Source: Octopus vulgaris (taxonomy: Eukaryota). From it: a stretch of 64,000 nt of DNA. The notes beneath the pieces are model-generated. The model was not told the DNA's origin and did no database searches. It saw nothing but the letters and a program-made list of their open reading frames with translations. Below, piece by piece: positions 1-14,529 of this stretch (position 1 is its first letter; every line of letters starts with the position of its first letter). A program made the translations under genes and the position numbers. The DNA lies in contig OX597831.1 of the NCBI GenBank assembly GCA_951406725.2, forward strand, positions 81,158,001 to 81,222,000, read 5' to 3'.

Positions 1-1945
1 TGACGTAATCATCTTCGTTAACTTAAAGACGTTTCTGCAACGAGAAGCAGTACACTTAAAACTGAAAGCTTGTGAAACATCCTATTGCTTCCTCGGAGCC
101 ATTAAACTCACGCCCGCTCGATAAACTGCTATACATTACACTTAACGGTTGCATCCAGTGTCCCATTGTTCCACAAGAATAATTAGGAAATGAAAATTCA
201 GAGCTTTAAACCGAGCTGTTGGGATTATGGTAAGTTTGGCGCTCTTGTTTTAGATGCTTCCATGCGCTGTCCACGTCGACGCTGGGCGAATTGAAGAAGT
301 TATCAAAATCCAGTTTAAGCACACATGTTTTCAGTCGTCTTTCCTCTTTTCCTCCACAAATGATCAACCATATCTGATATGGACCATGTCTTTCCTACTT
401 GAGATGGTGATTGCTCAGAGAATGAGTTATTTAGGTTGACTTGAGAGAGTACTCAGGTGAGTGGTACCATCGAACACAAATGCTGGATGCGAATTCTTCC
501 TCACAGAAATACGACAAGCGAAATGGGCGTTTTTATCCCTGCATGATTCGCCATAATGTTTTTCTTCACCTTCTTAATTATTCTACTTAGTGTCCCAGTT
601 ATTATAGATTTTGATTGTACTTTGGTATTTTATAGTTTGCTTATTTTCATTTCATGACCCATCAACAGCGGTAGTTTCCCAAATTCCTTCCCTAACGATA
701 TTTTAGGATGAAAAAAATGGTAGACTATGGAGTGGTGTTTATTCCCGTTTTTCAATATTATATTTTGGAATTCCGTTTTCAGTTTGTCTTTTGTTTTATT
801 TTTAACAATTTCAGTTGTTTTCCGCAAATCTAAAATATCTTCTTTTGTGTTATTAACTTTCAGTTTGTACTTTATCATTGCTCCTATATATAAGAATATT
901 TTTTTTCTCTCATTTTCATCTTGTTTCTTTACTGCATTAACTACTTTCCCTTTCATTGCTTTCAAACATTTTTGAAACCTTCTGTTGTTATTTTGTAATA
1001 GTTTTCTATTTGCATCAAGCTTTGTCTTCTTTATGTGTGCACGAAATAGATTCCGTCCCTCTCAGCTACGGGGTTTGTTAATGGTTTATAGTTTCTTGAT
1101 TTTTATGTTGAAGCTATTCATTCCACTTCTAAATAATTATGTTGGAGCTACAGTTTGTAAATGAGATGGATATCATATTTATACTTATCGCCTTCTTATT
1201 TTATTCCTATCATTGAATTCAGTAAATATTTGTCTGACAATTCCGTAATACCTTTTCTCACTTTCTTCATTTCTGTGTGTTGTACTTGTAATTTCATCCA
1301 ATTCTAAGTATTTTCATCCTCCTACAGAACTACTTTAATATGTATTAGATATATATAATTTGATAGTTTCAGTACTAATTATATCTCCCCTTCTGACATT
1401 AACTTTTGCTATTTCTCTTCTCTCATACACGTTTGTTTATCGTGGCTAAATTCAAGGCGGGTCGACGGCCTTTTTTTCTTTCTCTGTAACTTGACTGGAT
1501 CTACTTAGAAATATCAAATATACAGGAAGAGTTATGATAACGTATGTTTAGATTAAAAAAGAAGAAAAAGGAAAAATCCATTGAATGAGTTTGACAGCCA
1601 CCATTTGCAATGCTTCGTTTTCCTGGAATTGTGAAGTAAAAAATAAAAAGGAATAACTGAGATGTTTCCTTCTCGTTTCTTGACCGTAGGGAATGAAACC
1701 ATCCGAGTTTACCGAGTTTATTACGAGGGCCGAGGGGGGAGTGGTGGTGTGGGGGGGGGGGGTGACCATTAAAGCATTCAAACTTCACTGAGGCACAGAG
1801 AGTTATTAATAATAAATATTTCATTGGAACTGGCTCAGTGTGTGAAACATAGTACAAGGCAAGCATCCCAGGACAGGGAGAGAAAGAGAGAGGGAGATAC
1901 AGAGGGAGAGAAATAGAGACATAAAGGTGGATAGAATGAGACGAA

Positions 1946-2005
<60 letters not shown>

Positions 2006-2290
2006 AATTTTCATTACCGTAGGTGTGTGTCGAAATGAAAGAATAGCCACATGGGATATTACATCTTCAACATTTCCGCGATTCTCATAATATGTTCTAA
2101 TCAATGATAGATAAAGTTTTCGCAGCATCAGACAGCAAGCTTTTAAGGAATGGCTGTTAGCAATTGGATGATATAAACCTGTGTTCTTTATATTACAACT
2201 AAAACTCGTAAATGAATTTTATATGATGACGGTAAATTTGTGGCGAACGTTGGTGATATGAGAGTAATAACAGATTTGTCATCATGCTAA

Positions 2291-2393
<103 letters not shown>

Positions 2394-2396
2394 TAC

Positions 2397-2453
<57 letters not shown>

Positions 2454-2612
2454 TACATATATATATATACATATATATATATATACATATATATAAATGT
2501 ATATGCATATGTGTCATTTATATATATGTGTCTATATATATATACATATATATACATTTACACACACACATATGCATATGTATGTATATGTGCATGTGCG
2601 TATATGTATGTG

Positions 2613-2656
<44 letters not shown>

Positions 2657-2942
2657 TATGTATATTTGTACTTACACACACTTACGCCAGCTTATATTTC
2701 CTTCCTCACGTACATCTTCCCCACCTCATCATCCACTGACTTTATTTCTTCTCTCTTTCTACGTATGCATATATGTACGCATGTACGTACGTATGTACGC
2801 TTGTATGTGTGTATGTATGTATATGGTTATAGATAAATATCATATATGCCTATATATATATATAAGTACAAATATATATGTATATATGTATGTATATATA
2901 TGGTTATAGATAAGGATAGTATATACATACATATATACATAC

Positions 2943-3009
<67 letters not shown>

Positions 3010-3646
3010 TGTGTGTGTACAGCATATATACACCCTCGTACACACACATAACTTTCGCCAGAAATTAATTTTTCTCTCCATGTACGTTTCTCTCCTACCA
3101 TCCCTCCTTTCTCTCTCTCTCTCTTTCTTTCTCCCTCTCTCATATATGTGTGCATGTGAGTGCGTGTGCGTCTGTTTATGTGAGTGTGCTTCTGTGCGGG
3201 TGTGTATGTGTGTAGATTCCACTTTAACTTATACAATTTCTCTCTCATAATTTCTTTTCTCTCTTTTCTCAAACTTATCGACATATACACAGACACACAC
3301 AGTCGCACGCACAAACAGAAACACATGTGCATGGACACACATACAACCGCCATCATACCGATACATATACAGACACATATAAGCACACACAAACATATAA
3401 ACATCCACACACACACAGCAATATACTAACACGCAAATACACACACACATCCAAACACTTATAGAATCAATTTCGCTATTTACTTTATAATAGCCTCTTC
3501 ATTGGTTAACTGCACGTACAACACACACACACACACACACTGGGTACACGCATTCACAATACTTTATACACATATACGCACACACTGAGTATTTTTGTGA
3601 GGATATAAATATATATATATATATATATATACGTATCTATCTATAT

Positions 3647-3704
<58 letters not shown>

Positions 3705-3789
3705 GTATCTATATATACATATATATATATATATATGCATATATATATATATGTATGTATATATATAGATACGTATATATATATATATA

Positions 3790-3835
<46 letters not shown>

Positions 3836-4373
3836 GATACGTATATATATATATATATTTATATATACATACGTATGTGTATATATATACAGGCATATAT
3901 ATATATGTGCATATATATATATATATATATATACATGCAGTATATATATAAAAGCCAGTATTTTATTTATGTATATATATATATATAAACTGTTTGACAT
4001 GTATATACATTAGACACACATATATTGCAAACGTCATTAGAGAGAGGACTAAGTTAGTTCATTTCCATGCGTCCTGAGTTCAAACCTCCTCAAGGTCACC
4101 TTTGCATTTCAACGTCGTGAGGCGATTCAATAAAATCTCAGTTAAGGGAAATAACTTCGAGGAATCGTTAACGCTTTGCAGTTCTTTGTCTTCTGAGTTC
4201 GAATACTACTGCAGCCTCCTTGGATAGCTGATTTAATCCATGGGTCACTGAGAAGCACTGATGCAGGCATTCGGGCCACATCTCCACCTAGAGAACAGTT
4301 TCTCCCTACCATTCGCCCAATCTCAGAGGTCCTGAAAAGCGTCACGGGTAGTACTTTACTTCCTGTGTAAGTC

Positions 4374-4440
<67 letters not shown>

Positions 4441-4581
4441 ACACGCACACGCACACACACACGCACACACAGACACAAACATACATCAACATAGATGTAT
4501 TTATATACATATATATAAATTTACGTGTATATCTATCTATATATGTAAGTGTGTGTGTATATATTTGTATATGTGTAGTGC

Positions 4582-4623
<42 letters not shown>

Positions 4624-4624
<1 letters not shown>

Positions 4625-4970
4625 GGTCGTATACCGCCAACTCAATGTGACAGTCCCGTAAAGGGAATTACATTATTTCAGTGATCAGTAAATAAATTTT
4701 ACTGATAATATGATATATTTGCAAAGAGGTTGCAGTCATCTCAGCGAGCGAGGCAGGCTACCCTGGACTGACGACGAGCAATAGACTCAGAAACATATGT
4801 CTTCAGGTGCTTAGTCCCAGCTGGCGGAGGTGATTGCCTCCCCTTTGCAAATATAAGGACACAGAAAATGTGTCAAAGCCGACAGGAGACGTCGATGTTT
4901 CCTAGGGCTAAATGGCGGTGGTGTAATTCCCTTACGGGACTGTCACATTGAGTTGACAGTATACGACGAC
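4624..4970. mobile_element. Inverted-repeat-bounded retroelement relic (Penelope-like pLTR end) containing a hammerhead
   Basis: 4624-4671 (tggtcgtataccgccaactcaatgtgacagtcccgtaaagggaattaca) is a near reverse complement of 4922-4970; (TA)n lies directly left. Confidence 0.55.
4762..4807 (+). ncRNA. Minimal type I hammerhead ribozyme motif (Penelope-like)
   Basis: CCUGGA-CUGACGA-CGAGCAAUAGACUCA-GAAAC-AUAU-GUC-UUCAGG: 6-bp stem I, intact core, short stem II, palindromic stem III loop, GUC cleavage triplet. Lies between ~47-bp inverted repeats. Confidence 0.75.
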
Positions 4971-5112
4971 TATATCGCTCCACCACCGCTTATGTCTCTC
5001 TGAGACATTTACAAATTCAATATTTCCAATATATATATATATGTATCCATATACATATATAAATATATATATATATTTATATATGTATATAAATCCTTAA
5101 AATCCTTAAAAA

Positions 5113-5395
5113 TGTTTTAGCCCGAAGGCCGCGGCCATGCTGGGGCACCACCGCTGAATGAGCTACACTAGTTTGTGAATCCACCTCTGATACGTGGCAC
5201 TTGATCAACAAGGGAGTTCGATGCTGCTGCCCGCATCCGTGTCTCCTGTCGTGAGGTAGGTTCATCTGGGACTCCCAACAAGAAGAGATCCAGTTTAGTT
5301 TTAAAGAAACCCACATCCACACCATGTAAGTCTCTCAGGCATTTAGGGAGGATGTTAAAGAGCTGTGGTCCTCTGAAACATATATTTGCAAAGAG
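5113..5395 (-). mobile_element. 3' fragment of an APE-type LINE (CR1/Jockey-like C-terminus plus 3' UTR)
   Basis: Minus-strand translation [40 protein letters not shown] resembles LINE ORF2 C-termini; followed by tail ggtggtgccccagcatggccgc. Confidence 0.7.
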
Positions 5396-5549
5396 GTTGA
5401 AGTCATATATACATATATATACATATACATATATAAATATATATATATTTATATATGTATATGTGTATATATATATATATACATATATATGTATACATAT
5501 ATATGTATACATGTATATATACATATATATACATGTACGAATATATATA

Positions 5550-5593
<44 letters not shown>

Positions 5594-5871
5594 CACACAC
5601 GTGTCTGTGCGTGTGTGTATTTGTTTCTATGTAAATCCTAAAGACGTTATTACTTGTCTAAATCGTTTATTGTGTCAGCTTAAGTGTCACCAGGCAGATC
5701 ACCTGACGATCGCAATAAGTTGGTCTGAAACTCAAGTAATGACGTATTACGTTTCAAACAACAACATACACACATACACACTCATATATACGTACAGAGA
5801 TGCGTATGAATACACACATACGTACACATATGCCTGTTTGTATATATGAATATATGCGTATGTGCATAGGC

Positions 5872-5912
<41 letters not shown>

Positions 5913-6142
5913 TGTTAATGTTTGCTGCTATGTTTAGTTATAGGAAAAGCAATTTTGCATTAATCAAAAAGATTACTCCATAATTTTATAGAGTACAAGC
6001 TTATCATTCTTTAACAAGAATAGTATTGACAGGAACTTCGAAGCTGAGCCACATATATATGTATGTATATGTATGTGTATATGCTGTATGTAGGTATATA
6101 TATTTTTGTATGCGTGTGAGAATTTGTGTGTGTACGTATATA

Positions 6143-6201
6143 GACGAAGAAGAAGAAGAAAGAGAAGAAGAAGAAGAAGATGAAGGAGGAGGAGGAGAGG
6201 G

Positions 6202-6247
<46 letters not shown>

Positions 6248-6390
6248 GAAGGCGAAGAAGCAGAAGGAGGAGAAGGAGAAGAAGAAGAAGAAGAAGAAAA
6301 AGAAGAAGAAGAAGAAGAAGAAGAAAAAGAAGAAGAATAAGAAGAAGAAGGAGGAGGAGGAGGAGGAGACGGAGAAGAAGAAGAAGAAGA
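6143..6390. repeat. (GAA/GGA)n microsatellite
   Basis: Direct reading; explains the poly-E and poly-L ORFs. Confidence 0.95.
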
Positions 6391-7152
6391 ATATCCCTAA
6401 TATAAAAAGAAGGCAGTAAGAGGGGAAAGTCTACCAAAACGATGGTTGTTCTGCATCGTGACAGTAATGTGTTATAATAGCAGACGACATCACATCAGGT
6501 GATCCATCACCCTTAAGAAAGCAGTCCGCAGTCCGTAGTCCTCAGCCCGTCAGCCAGGAGACACACAGACACATTGTACTACTTCGGCCAGGATGAAAGA
6601 TAAAACCCCCATATTGCTTTTGATCTTGTTGTTGCTGTTGTTATTGTTGATGTTGCTGTTGTTGCTGCTGGTGGTGGTGGTGGTAGTGGTGGTGGTGGTG
6701 GTAGTGGTGGTGGTAGTGGTGGTGGTGGTGGTGGTGGTGGTAGTGGTGGTGGTAGTGGTGGTGGTACCGTTGTTGTTGTTACTGTAGACGACAAATTTTA
6801 ACTTTTCATGAACAAAAGCAAAACATCCATATATGATGTTTTTGCACTACACACACACACATGCACACACACACACATGCACACACACACACACACTCCT
6901 ATTCCGCCAGTTGTCACATCCGTACACAGCAATAAACACAGACATGTCCCTCCACACACACACACACACACACACACACATTATTATTCAGGCAATCACT
7001 TACATATATGGCAATAGGTCAGCTCCCCAGCCGCAACCCACATGTTGTATTAAGTATAATCATTCTTCGAATCCATATTTAATAGAATTCTCATTAATGG
7101 TTATCTTCCATTAATGCTAATATTTTAGTCGTTTTAGGTTGGAGACAAAGGA

Positions 7153-7211
<59 letters not shown>

Positions 7212-7213
<2 letters not shown>

Positions 7214-8290
7214 TTCTATCATAAAGGAAAGCAAAAAATTTGCTATTGATCTCGTGCAGGATACCCAAACTGAACAACCCGAGGGAAGTACGGCAACTAT
7301 TGTTGCAAAGAAGGTGAAAATGATGGCAATGAAGAAAGCGCACGAGCAATTGGCTGATAGGTGGGAGGAGAAACCTCTGCACGGCAAATATGTGACCCGC
7401 AGCAAACAAACTGATGTTGACCAGAAGCAAACCCATCAGTGGCTACGGAGCTCAGGGCTAAAAGCAGAGAGCGAAGGTTTCATCCTGGCTGCTCAAGATC
7501 AAAGCCTATTAACCCGGAACTACCAGGCTAATGTGATGAAAAATGGAGCAGACCCAAAATGCCGATTCTGCAACGACATGATTGAAACAGTGGACCACCT
7601 AATCTCTGGATGTAAAGTCTTAGCACCAGTGGAGTATAAATTAAGACATGACAGAGTTGGCCAATATCTCCACTGGCTAATAAGTCGGCATTACAATATC
7701 AAAACTGCCTACAAGTGGTATAATCACCACCCTGAGGCTGTAACTGAAGAAGAAAATGTAACCATTCTGTGGGACTTTCCAGTATATACAGACAGAACCA
7801 TCAAGGCCAATAAACCAGATATTGTTGTGAAAGACAAAACAATAATATTTGCTTATTGATCGACATGAGCATCCCCTGTGATCATAATATCTCAGCGAAA
7901 GAGTTTGACAAGCTCAGAAAATATAAAGACCTACTCATTGAAATTGAGAAAATGTAGCATCTCAAGGCGGTTACAATACCAGTGATAGTAGGAGCACTAG
8001 GAATGATCAAGAAGGGAACCGACAATTATATGAGAATGATCCCTGGCTTACCATCCCTGCAAGAAGTGCAAAAAATTGTCTTAACTGGTACATCACACGT
8101 ATTGAGAAGAGCATTGTCGATGTTAGAACTGTTGCTGCTCATGTATTTTAATTTAACTTAAAAAAAAAAAAGAACGAACTATTGAGTTTGGTTTAATGGC
8201 CTACCAATGTATACTATGAGTTTCTTTGCCCTAGGAGTCGGGAAGACACTCAGCAAGAAATGGAAGCAAATTTGAAAGAAGAAAAAAAAG
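7212..8290 (+). mobile_element. 5'-truncated R4/Dong-type RLE non-LTR retrotransposon (subfamily A), frameshifted
   Basis: ORF 7254-7859 has WEEKPLHG, HQWLRSSGLKAESEGFILAAQDQ, CCHC knuckle CRFCNDMIETVDHLISGC and ILWDFPVYTDRTIKANKPDIV (PD..D nuclease). Remainder is out of frame; (TAA)n on both sides. Confidence 0.92.
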
Positions 8291-8340
8291 TAATGATAAT
8301 AATAATAATGATACTAATAATATTGATGATAGTAATAATG

Positions 8341-8423
<83 letters not shown>

Positions 8424-8458
8424 AATAATAATATTAATAATAATAATAATAATAATAA

Positions 8459-8489
<31 letters not shown>

Positions 8490-8639
8490 AAGAAGAAGAA
8501 GAAGAACAACAACAACAACAGCAGCAGCAACCACAACAATAGCAACAGCAACAACAACAACAGCAACAACAACAACAACAGCAACAACAACAACAGCAAG
8601 AGCAACAACAATAACAACAACAATAACAACAACAACAAC

Positions 8640-8722
<83 letters not shown>
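8291..8722. repeat. Compound (TAA)n/(GAA)n/(CAA)n microsatellite between two RLE elements
   Basis: Direct reading. Confidence 0.95.
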
Positions 8723-8725
<3 letters not shown>

Positions 8726-10010
8726 ACTATATAGATACTTGGAAAAAGTGGGTTGCTACCCATTGAACAGAAAAGGTGCCGAAAAAGGAGCCGGGGAACG
8801 AAGGAACAGCACTTAATTGGTAATCTAATAATCAGGAACTGCAAGAGAAGACATACAAACCTGAACATGGCATGCGTCGATTATCGCAAGGCATACGATA
8901 TGATATCACACGCCTGGATAATAAGAACAATGGAAATGTATGGAGTAGAAGATAATATGAGAAGCCTTATATGGAATAGCATGAAATGCGGGAGAGCGAA
9001 ATTGACGGCAGGGAAACAAGTACTAGGAGAGGTGAAAATCAAGAGAGGAATCTTCCAGAGGAACAGTGTGACCCCACTGATATTCGTGCTGGGAATGATC
9101 CGCGTTAGTGAAATACAGTAGAAAGTAATGTTGGGGTATGATCTGGGAATAGGTAAGTGAAAACTAAACCACTTCAGGACAACCTGAAGCTATTCAGGAA
9201 AACTGAGGCAGAACTGGACAGCCTAGTCCAGTCTGCGGATTTTCTCCAATGATATGAAGATGGACTGATATGAGTTTGGACTCTCAAAATGTGCAACGAT
9301 GGTGATGAGATGAGGAAAGCTTGTCAGGACAGAAGGTATATAGATGCCAAATGGTAAAATGATGTAGGCAATTCAACCTCAGTCCAGCTACAAATACCTG
9401 GGAATACCTGAGGCAGATAGAAGCAAACACAACGCGAATACAAAAGACGCCATGACAATGTGGCAAGAGTGATCCATTGAGAACTCTGTGGAAATCACGG
9501 TCTACAAAGAGTAAAGACTTGGTATGAGCAAACCCTAGAAGGAGTCAGCGAGAATGAGGATAGCAAAGTCTTGTGGGATGCAATGACCCAGTGCGATCAC
9601 CTGACCAGACATTGGAAACCGGACATTGTTGTAGTGAATAAAATTGAACGAACATGTATGATAATCGACACAGTATGCCCCAGTGACAACAGGATCAATG
9701 TGAAAGAAGAAGAGAACAAATAAACAACTACGATGATTTCAAGTGGGAAATACGAAGGTTGCGGTCAATGAGGAGAGTAGAAGTGATACCAATAGTAATT
9801 GGTGCATTTGGAAGTATCAGCACTCAACTACCAACATGGTACAAAAAGATTGGTACTAATATGTAATGATGGAACATCTACAAAAATCGGAATTGCTTGA
9901 AACAGCAAGAATTCTTCGCAGGAGCATGACCAGTGTCACCTTAGTCTGTTGGCTGTGGACAGCTGACACTTTCCATCAATCCCAGCAATATAAGCTGTGA
10001 GTTTTCATAT
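8723..10010 (+). mobile_element. Degenerate, internally deleted R4/Dong-type element with RT and RLE remnants
   Basis: ORF 8753-9121 [21 protein letters not shown]...[15 protein letters not shown]...[16 protein letters not shown] is RT-like. Downstream come YKYLG, a jump to RHDNVARVIH and KPDIVVV; ends at (TAA)n. Confidence 0.88.
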
Positions 10011-10894
10011 AGTAATAATAATAATAATAATAATGATAATAATAATAATAATAATAATGATAATAATAATAATGATTTCTTTATTATAACAAGGGTTATG
10101 AAAAACATTATGGACAACCCAGGACAAAACAAAGAATGTGTGAGTGTATGTGTGTGAGTGTGTGTTGTGTGGGTTTAGCGTGCAAACAAGACTAACAAAA
10201 AAAGCAACAACAATGTGTGAAGCATAGATAAACAAGAAGTCAAGTGAATAATAAAAAAGAGAAAAGAATGCAAAAAAAAAAAAAGACATTTCTAAGATTG
10301 GCTCAAAGCTTGAAATTTCGTGTTGTGACAATGTTAATCAGTTACTTGTCAGATACTCTATTTTATGGACCCGAAACGATGAAAGGCAAACTTCGGCGAG
10401 ATTTGAGCTCAGAACGTAAAGAGCCAGAAAAAAAAATATACCGAATGGGATTTTGTCCGACGTTCTAACGATTCTGTGCATCCACCATCTTTTAGGTATT
10501 TCCTAGAAGGTCTTTAACACACTAAATCGGCGTCAGTACTTGACTGGTACTCTATTTCTTGGTACTCTATTTCATGGAGTCCATAAAAACTGAAGTAGAA
10601 GTTGACCAAGACGGGATTTGAACTCATAACGCTGCTGTTGTTTTTACTTATTCCCCATTATGCAATGTAACAAATGATTTGATTTTCTTTTCTTAAGATC
10701 ACACCTTACTATGAAAAGAGAGAGATTTGTCAAAGCTTCCATTTTTTGATTAGATAAGAATAGGTTCGCCAATGTTTATCTCTCTCTCTCTCTCTCTCTC
10801 TATCTCTATCTATCTATCTATCTATCTGTGTATGTGGGTGTGTGGGTGTGTGTATGTGCGCGAGTCTGTCTGTCTGTCTGTTTGTCTCCATTTA

Positions 10895-11118
10895 CAGTAA
10901 TCACTCCACTATCGCAGGTGTTACTTTCCAAACCCCACTGCGACAGGTGAAAACCCACAAACTAGAAACAGTACTGCACTGTATATATTTTTAAAATTAT
11001 TTTTATAATTTGTATTTATTCATTTTATTACAAATGCAAAACAACGCCACGGAGGAATCGACAGAAGCTTAAATGATAAACCGCGATAAGTGAACTGCGA
11101 TATGGCGAAGGATTACTC
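10895..11118. mobile_element. Tigger/pogo-like MITE
   Basis: TA-cagtaatcactccactatcgcagg... and ...actgcgatatggcgaaggattactc-TA form imperfect ~25-bp TIRs with TA flanks; no ORF. Confidence 0.7.
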
Positions 11119-11132
11119 TATCTATCTGTCTG

Positions 11133-11201
<69 letters not shown>

Positions 11202-11250
11202 ATATATATATATATATATATCTGTCTGTCTGTCTCTGTCTCTCTGTCTG

Positions 11251-11285
<35 letters not shown>

Positions 11286-11336
11286 GTCTGTCTGTCTGTC
11301 CGTCTATCTCTCTATCTGTCTGTCTGTCTGTCTGTA

Positions 11337-11377
<41 letters not shown>

Positions 11378-11382
11378 CTCTA

Positions 11383-11438
<56 letters not shown>

Positions 11439-11446
11439 CCTATCTA

Positions 11447-11512
<66 letters not shown>
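11118..11512. repeat. (TCTA/TCTG)n compound microsatellite
   Basis: Direct reading. Confidence 0.95.
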
Positions 11513-11514
<2 letters not shown>

Positions 11515-11528
11515 ATCGATCAGCTTAA

Positions 11529-11559
<31 letters not shown>

Positions 11560-11941
11560 TGCAGCAAGGCAATCAGTTATATTTTTATGTAACTAATACA
11601 AGTTCATTTCACTTGGTCGAACAAATGATTCTTCATCGTCGAGACTGACGAAGAACCGTCCATTTCCTCCTCCTCCTCTTCCTCCACCACCACCAGTACT
11701 ATATGACAGTGATGTTTTATTAATGAGATAAGAGTGATAATAATAATTAATGTTTCATGAATATAAATATCGTTATATCGTAGTTTGATGTTGAGGTGAC
11801 GGCGATATACAAGTTAATTATCTATACTGTACCATACACATACCCATACACACGCACACACACAGATATATACATACATAATATATACATATACATATTT
11901 ATGTGTGTGTGTGTATGTGTATATAGGCTATTCTTTGGTCG

Positions 11942-11978
<37 letters not shown>

Positions 11979-12331
11979 TGTATGTACTATAACAGGTCGT
12001 AATAAATGTGGGAGAAAATCTATTTCCAGAGATCGGTTGAACCAAACGGTGAGGGCAGCCATGTTTTTAATCTTCCTAATGTTAATTGGGTGAGTGACAC
12101 CTCATATTCGCAATCTCTCTTCTCCGTTGATAGGATTTCTGATTTGTTCTTCTTCTTCTTCTTCTTCTTCTTCTTCTTCTTCTTCTTCTTCTTCTTCTTC
12201 TTCCTCCTCCTCCTCCTCCCCCTCCTTGTCCCGTGAAACTAAACACCAACTTCGCAGTAAACTTACTGAGTTAACACTTTAAGAATAATGGATTAATGGA
12301 GGAACGGATAATCACTGAACGCAGTCACTGA

Positions 12332-12430
12332 AGTTCCCTGGAGTGCCCCGTAGTTCTCCGGAGTTCCCCGGTGTTCCTCGGTATTCTCCGGAGTACCACG
12401 TTGTTCCACGGTCTTGCACGGCGTAGCACG
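12332..12430. repeat. Degenerate ~10-bp GC-rich minisatellite (gttccccgga-like)
   Basis: Successive units gttccctgga, gtgccccgta, gttctccgga, gttccccggt, gttcctcggt, attctccgga, gtaccacgtt. Confidence 0.75.
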
Positions 12431-13108
12431 CAACAACGACAGGCCGCTCAGTGCGATGAGAACGCGATAAAAGTATTATGTAGGAATCTATATCTTCAAG
12501 CTAAGTTCTGCTAATAGACCTGCTTCTGTTGGCCATATGGTGGTGGGCATCTGGAGAACAGCTGTTCTCATACTTGGATTCGAAACAGTTCTCCTACGAG
12601 AAAATCTATTAGCTTCGGTTTACAATTCCTCAGGGGCTTGGAGTTTCGTTCATGTATGAAAATACTCGAAGAGATAAACAAATTAATGTATGTATATATG
12701 GGTTTTGTGTGTGCGTGTGTGTGTGTTTGTGTGTGTATATGAGTATATATTTATACATGTGTCTGTATGTTGTGTAACAGATGTTTATATATATTTAATG
12801 GAATGCACGCACACACGTACACACACACGCTCAAATATATTTCTACTCAAACACACACATATATACATATATACATACATATATATTTATATGAGTGTAT
12901 GTCTGTGTATCCACACATGTATATATAAATATAAACACATGTGCATGTGTATACATATATTTGCAAACGTCGAAGTCACTGTCAAAAATATATTTGTATA
13001 TATATATATATATATGTTTATATATACAAATAGGTATATATAAATGTGTGTTCCTACGCGTGTTTAAGTGTGTATTGTATATATGTTATATGTAAATATA
13101 TCTTCGTA

Positions 13109-13191
<83 letters not shown>

Positions 13192-13209
13192 ATATATATA
13201 TATACATAC

Positions 13210-13272
<63 letters not shown>

Positions 13273-13764
13273 TATATATCTATATATTCATAAGCATCAT
13301 ATACTTATACAAACACCCGTAAACACACACACATACACACACACACACACTCGTCTATAGGTACGTACAATAATTCCCCAGATTTCTAAGTCAGCAATAA
13401 GAGACTGCAGCAGAAAGTAAACCAGTAAAGCTAATGAAACCATAGAATAAAAAAAGTTAATCAATTATAGTTGCTCATTAGTGACATTAATGAGGGGAAA
13501 TATGTGTGTGAGGTGGGGGCAAGCATGCCGTGTAATAATTAATGTGTACTTCAACTTATAAACATAAATATAAACAAATATAATAATTGTGAATGTGTAA
13601 ATCGGAAAACCTCCACCCAACGTAAATAGGTTTTTAATGTACACAGACGACATTTGAGTTGGTTTCCATCGGCGTTATTGGATTTAAATGTATTTAGTAT
13701 AGTACAGCGACATGGTAATTATTCGGGTGCTGGGGGTGGGGCGGTGGGAAGTGTCTATGGAGTG

Positions 13765-14164
13765 TACACATACATACATGCATGCATACATACATACATG
13801 CATACATACATACATACATACATACATACATACATACATGCATGTATACATACATACATACAATACATACTTACAATACATACAATACATACATACATAC
13901 ATACATACATACATACATACATACATACAATACATACATACAATACATACATACATATATACATACATACAATACATACATACAATACATACATACGTAC
14001 ATACATACATACATACATACATACAATACATACATACATACATACATACATACATACATGCATACATACAATACATACATAAATACATACAATACATACA
14101 TACATACATGCATACATACATACATACATACATATATACATACATACATACATACATACATACA

Positions 14165-14198
<34 letters not shown>

Positions 14199-14305
14199 CA
14201 TACATACATGCATACATACATACATACATACAATACATAAATACTTACATACAATACATACATACAATACATACATACATACAATACATACATACATACA
14301 TACAC
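13765..14305. repeat. (CATA)n microsatellite with CAATA interruptions
   Basis: Direct reading. Confidence 0.95.
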
Positions 14306-14458
14306 ACGCATATATATGCATGTATATAAATATATCTCGATACATATATATATAATCGTCCATACACTCACCTTCAACCACACACACACACACACACGAA
14401 ATAATCTTCCTCTCTCTCACTCTCTCTCTCTCTCTCTGTATTTACGTACATACATACA

Positions 14459-14529
<71 letters not shown>

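Noticed and set aside
1-1460. Unique AT-rich stretch with Lys-rich minus-strand ORF (630-965), possible retroelement relic
   Set aside because: No recognisable RT, GIY-YIG or other motif by eye; needs tBLASTx against repeat libraries.
5698-5743. CUGACGA...GAAAC-UCAA-GUA hammerhead
   Set aside because: Stem II does not pair and stem I has a core-proximal mismatch; counted only as a possible relic, not listed as a feature.
6026-6794. Poly-E, poly-P and poly-V ORFs
   Set aside because: Trinucleotide microsatellites.
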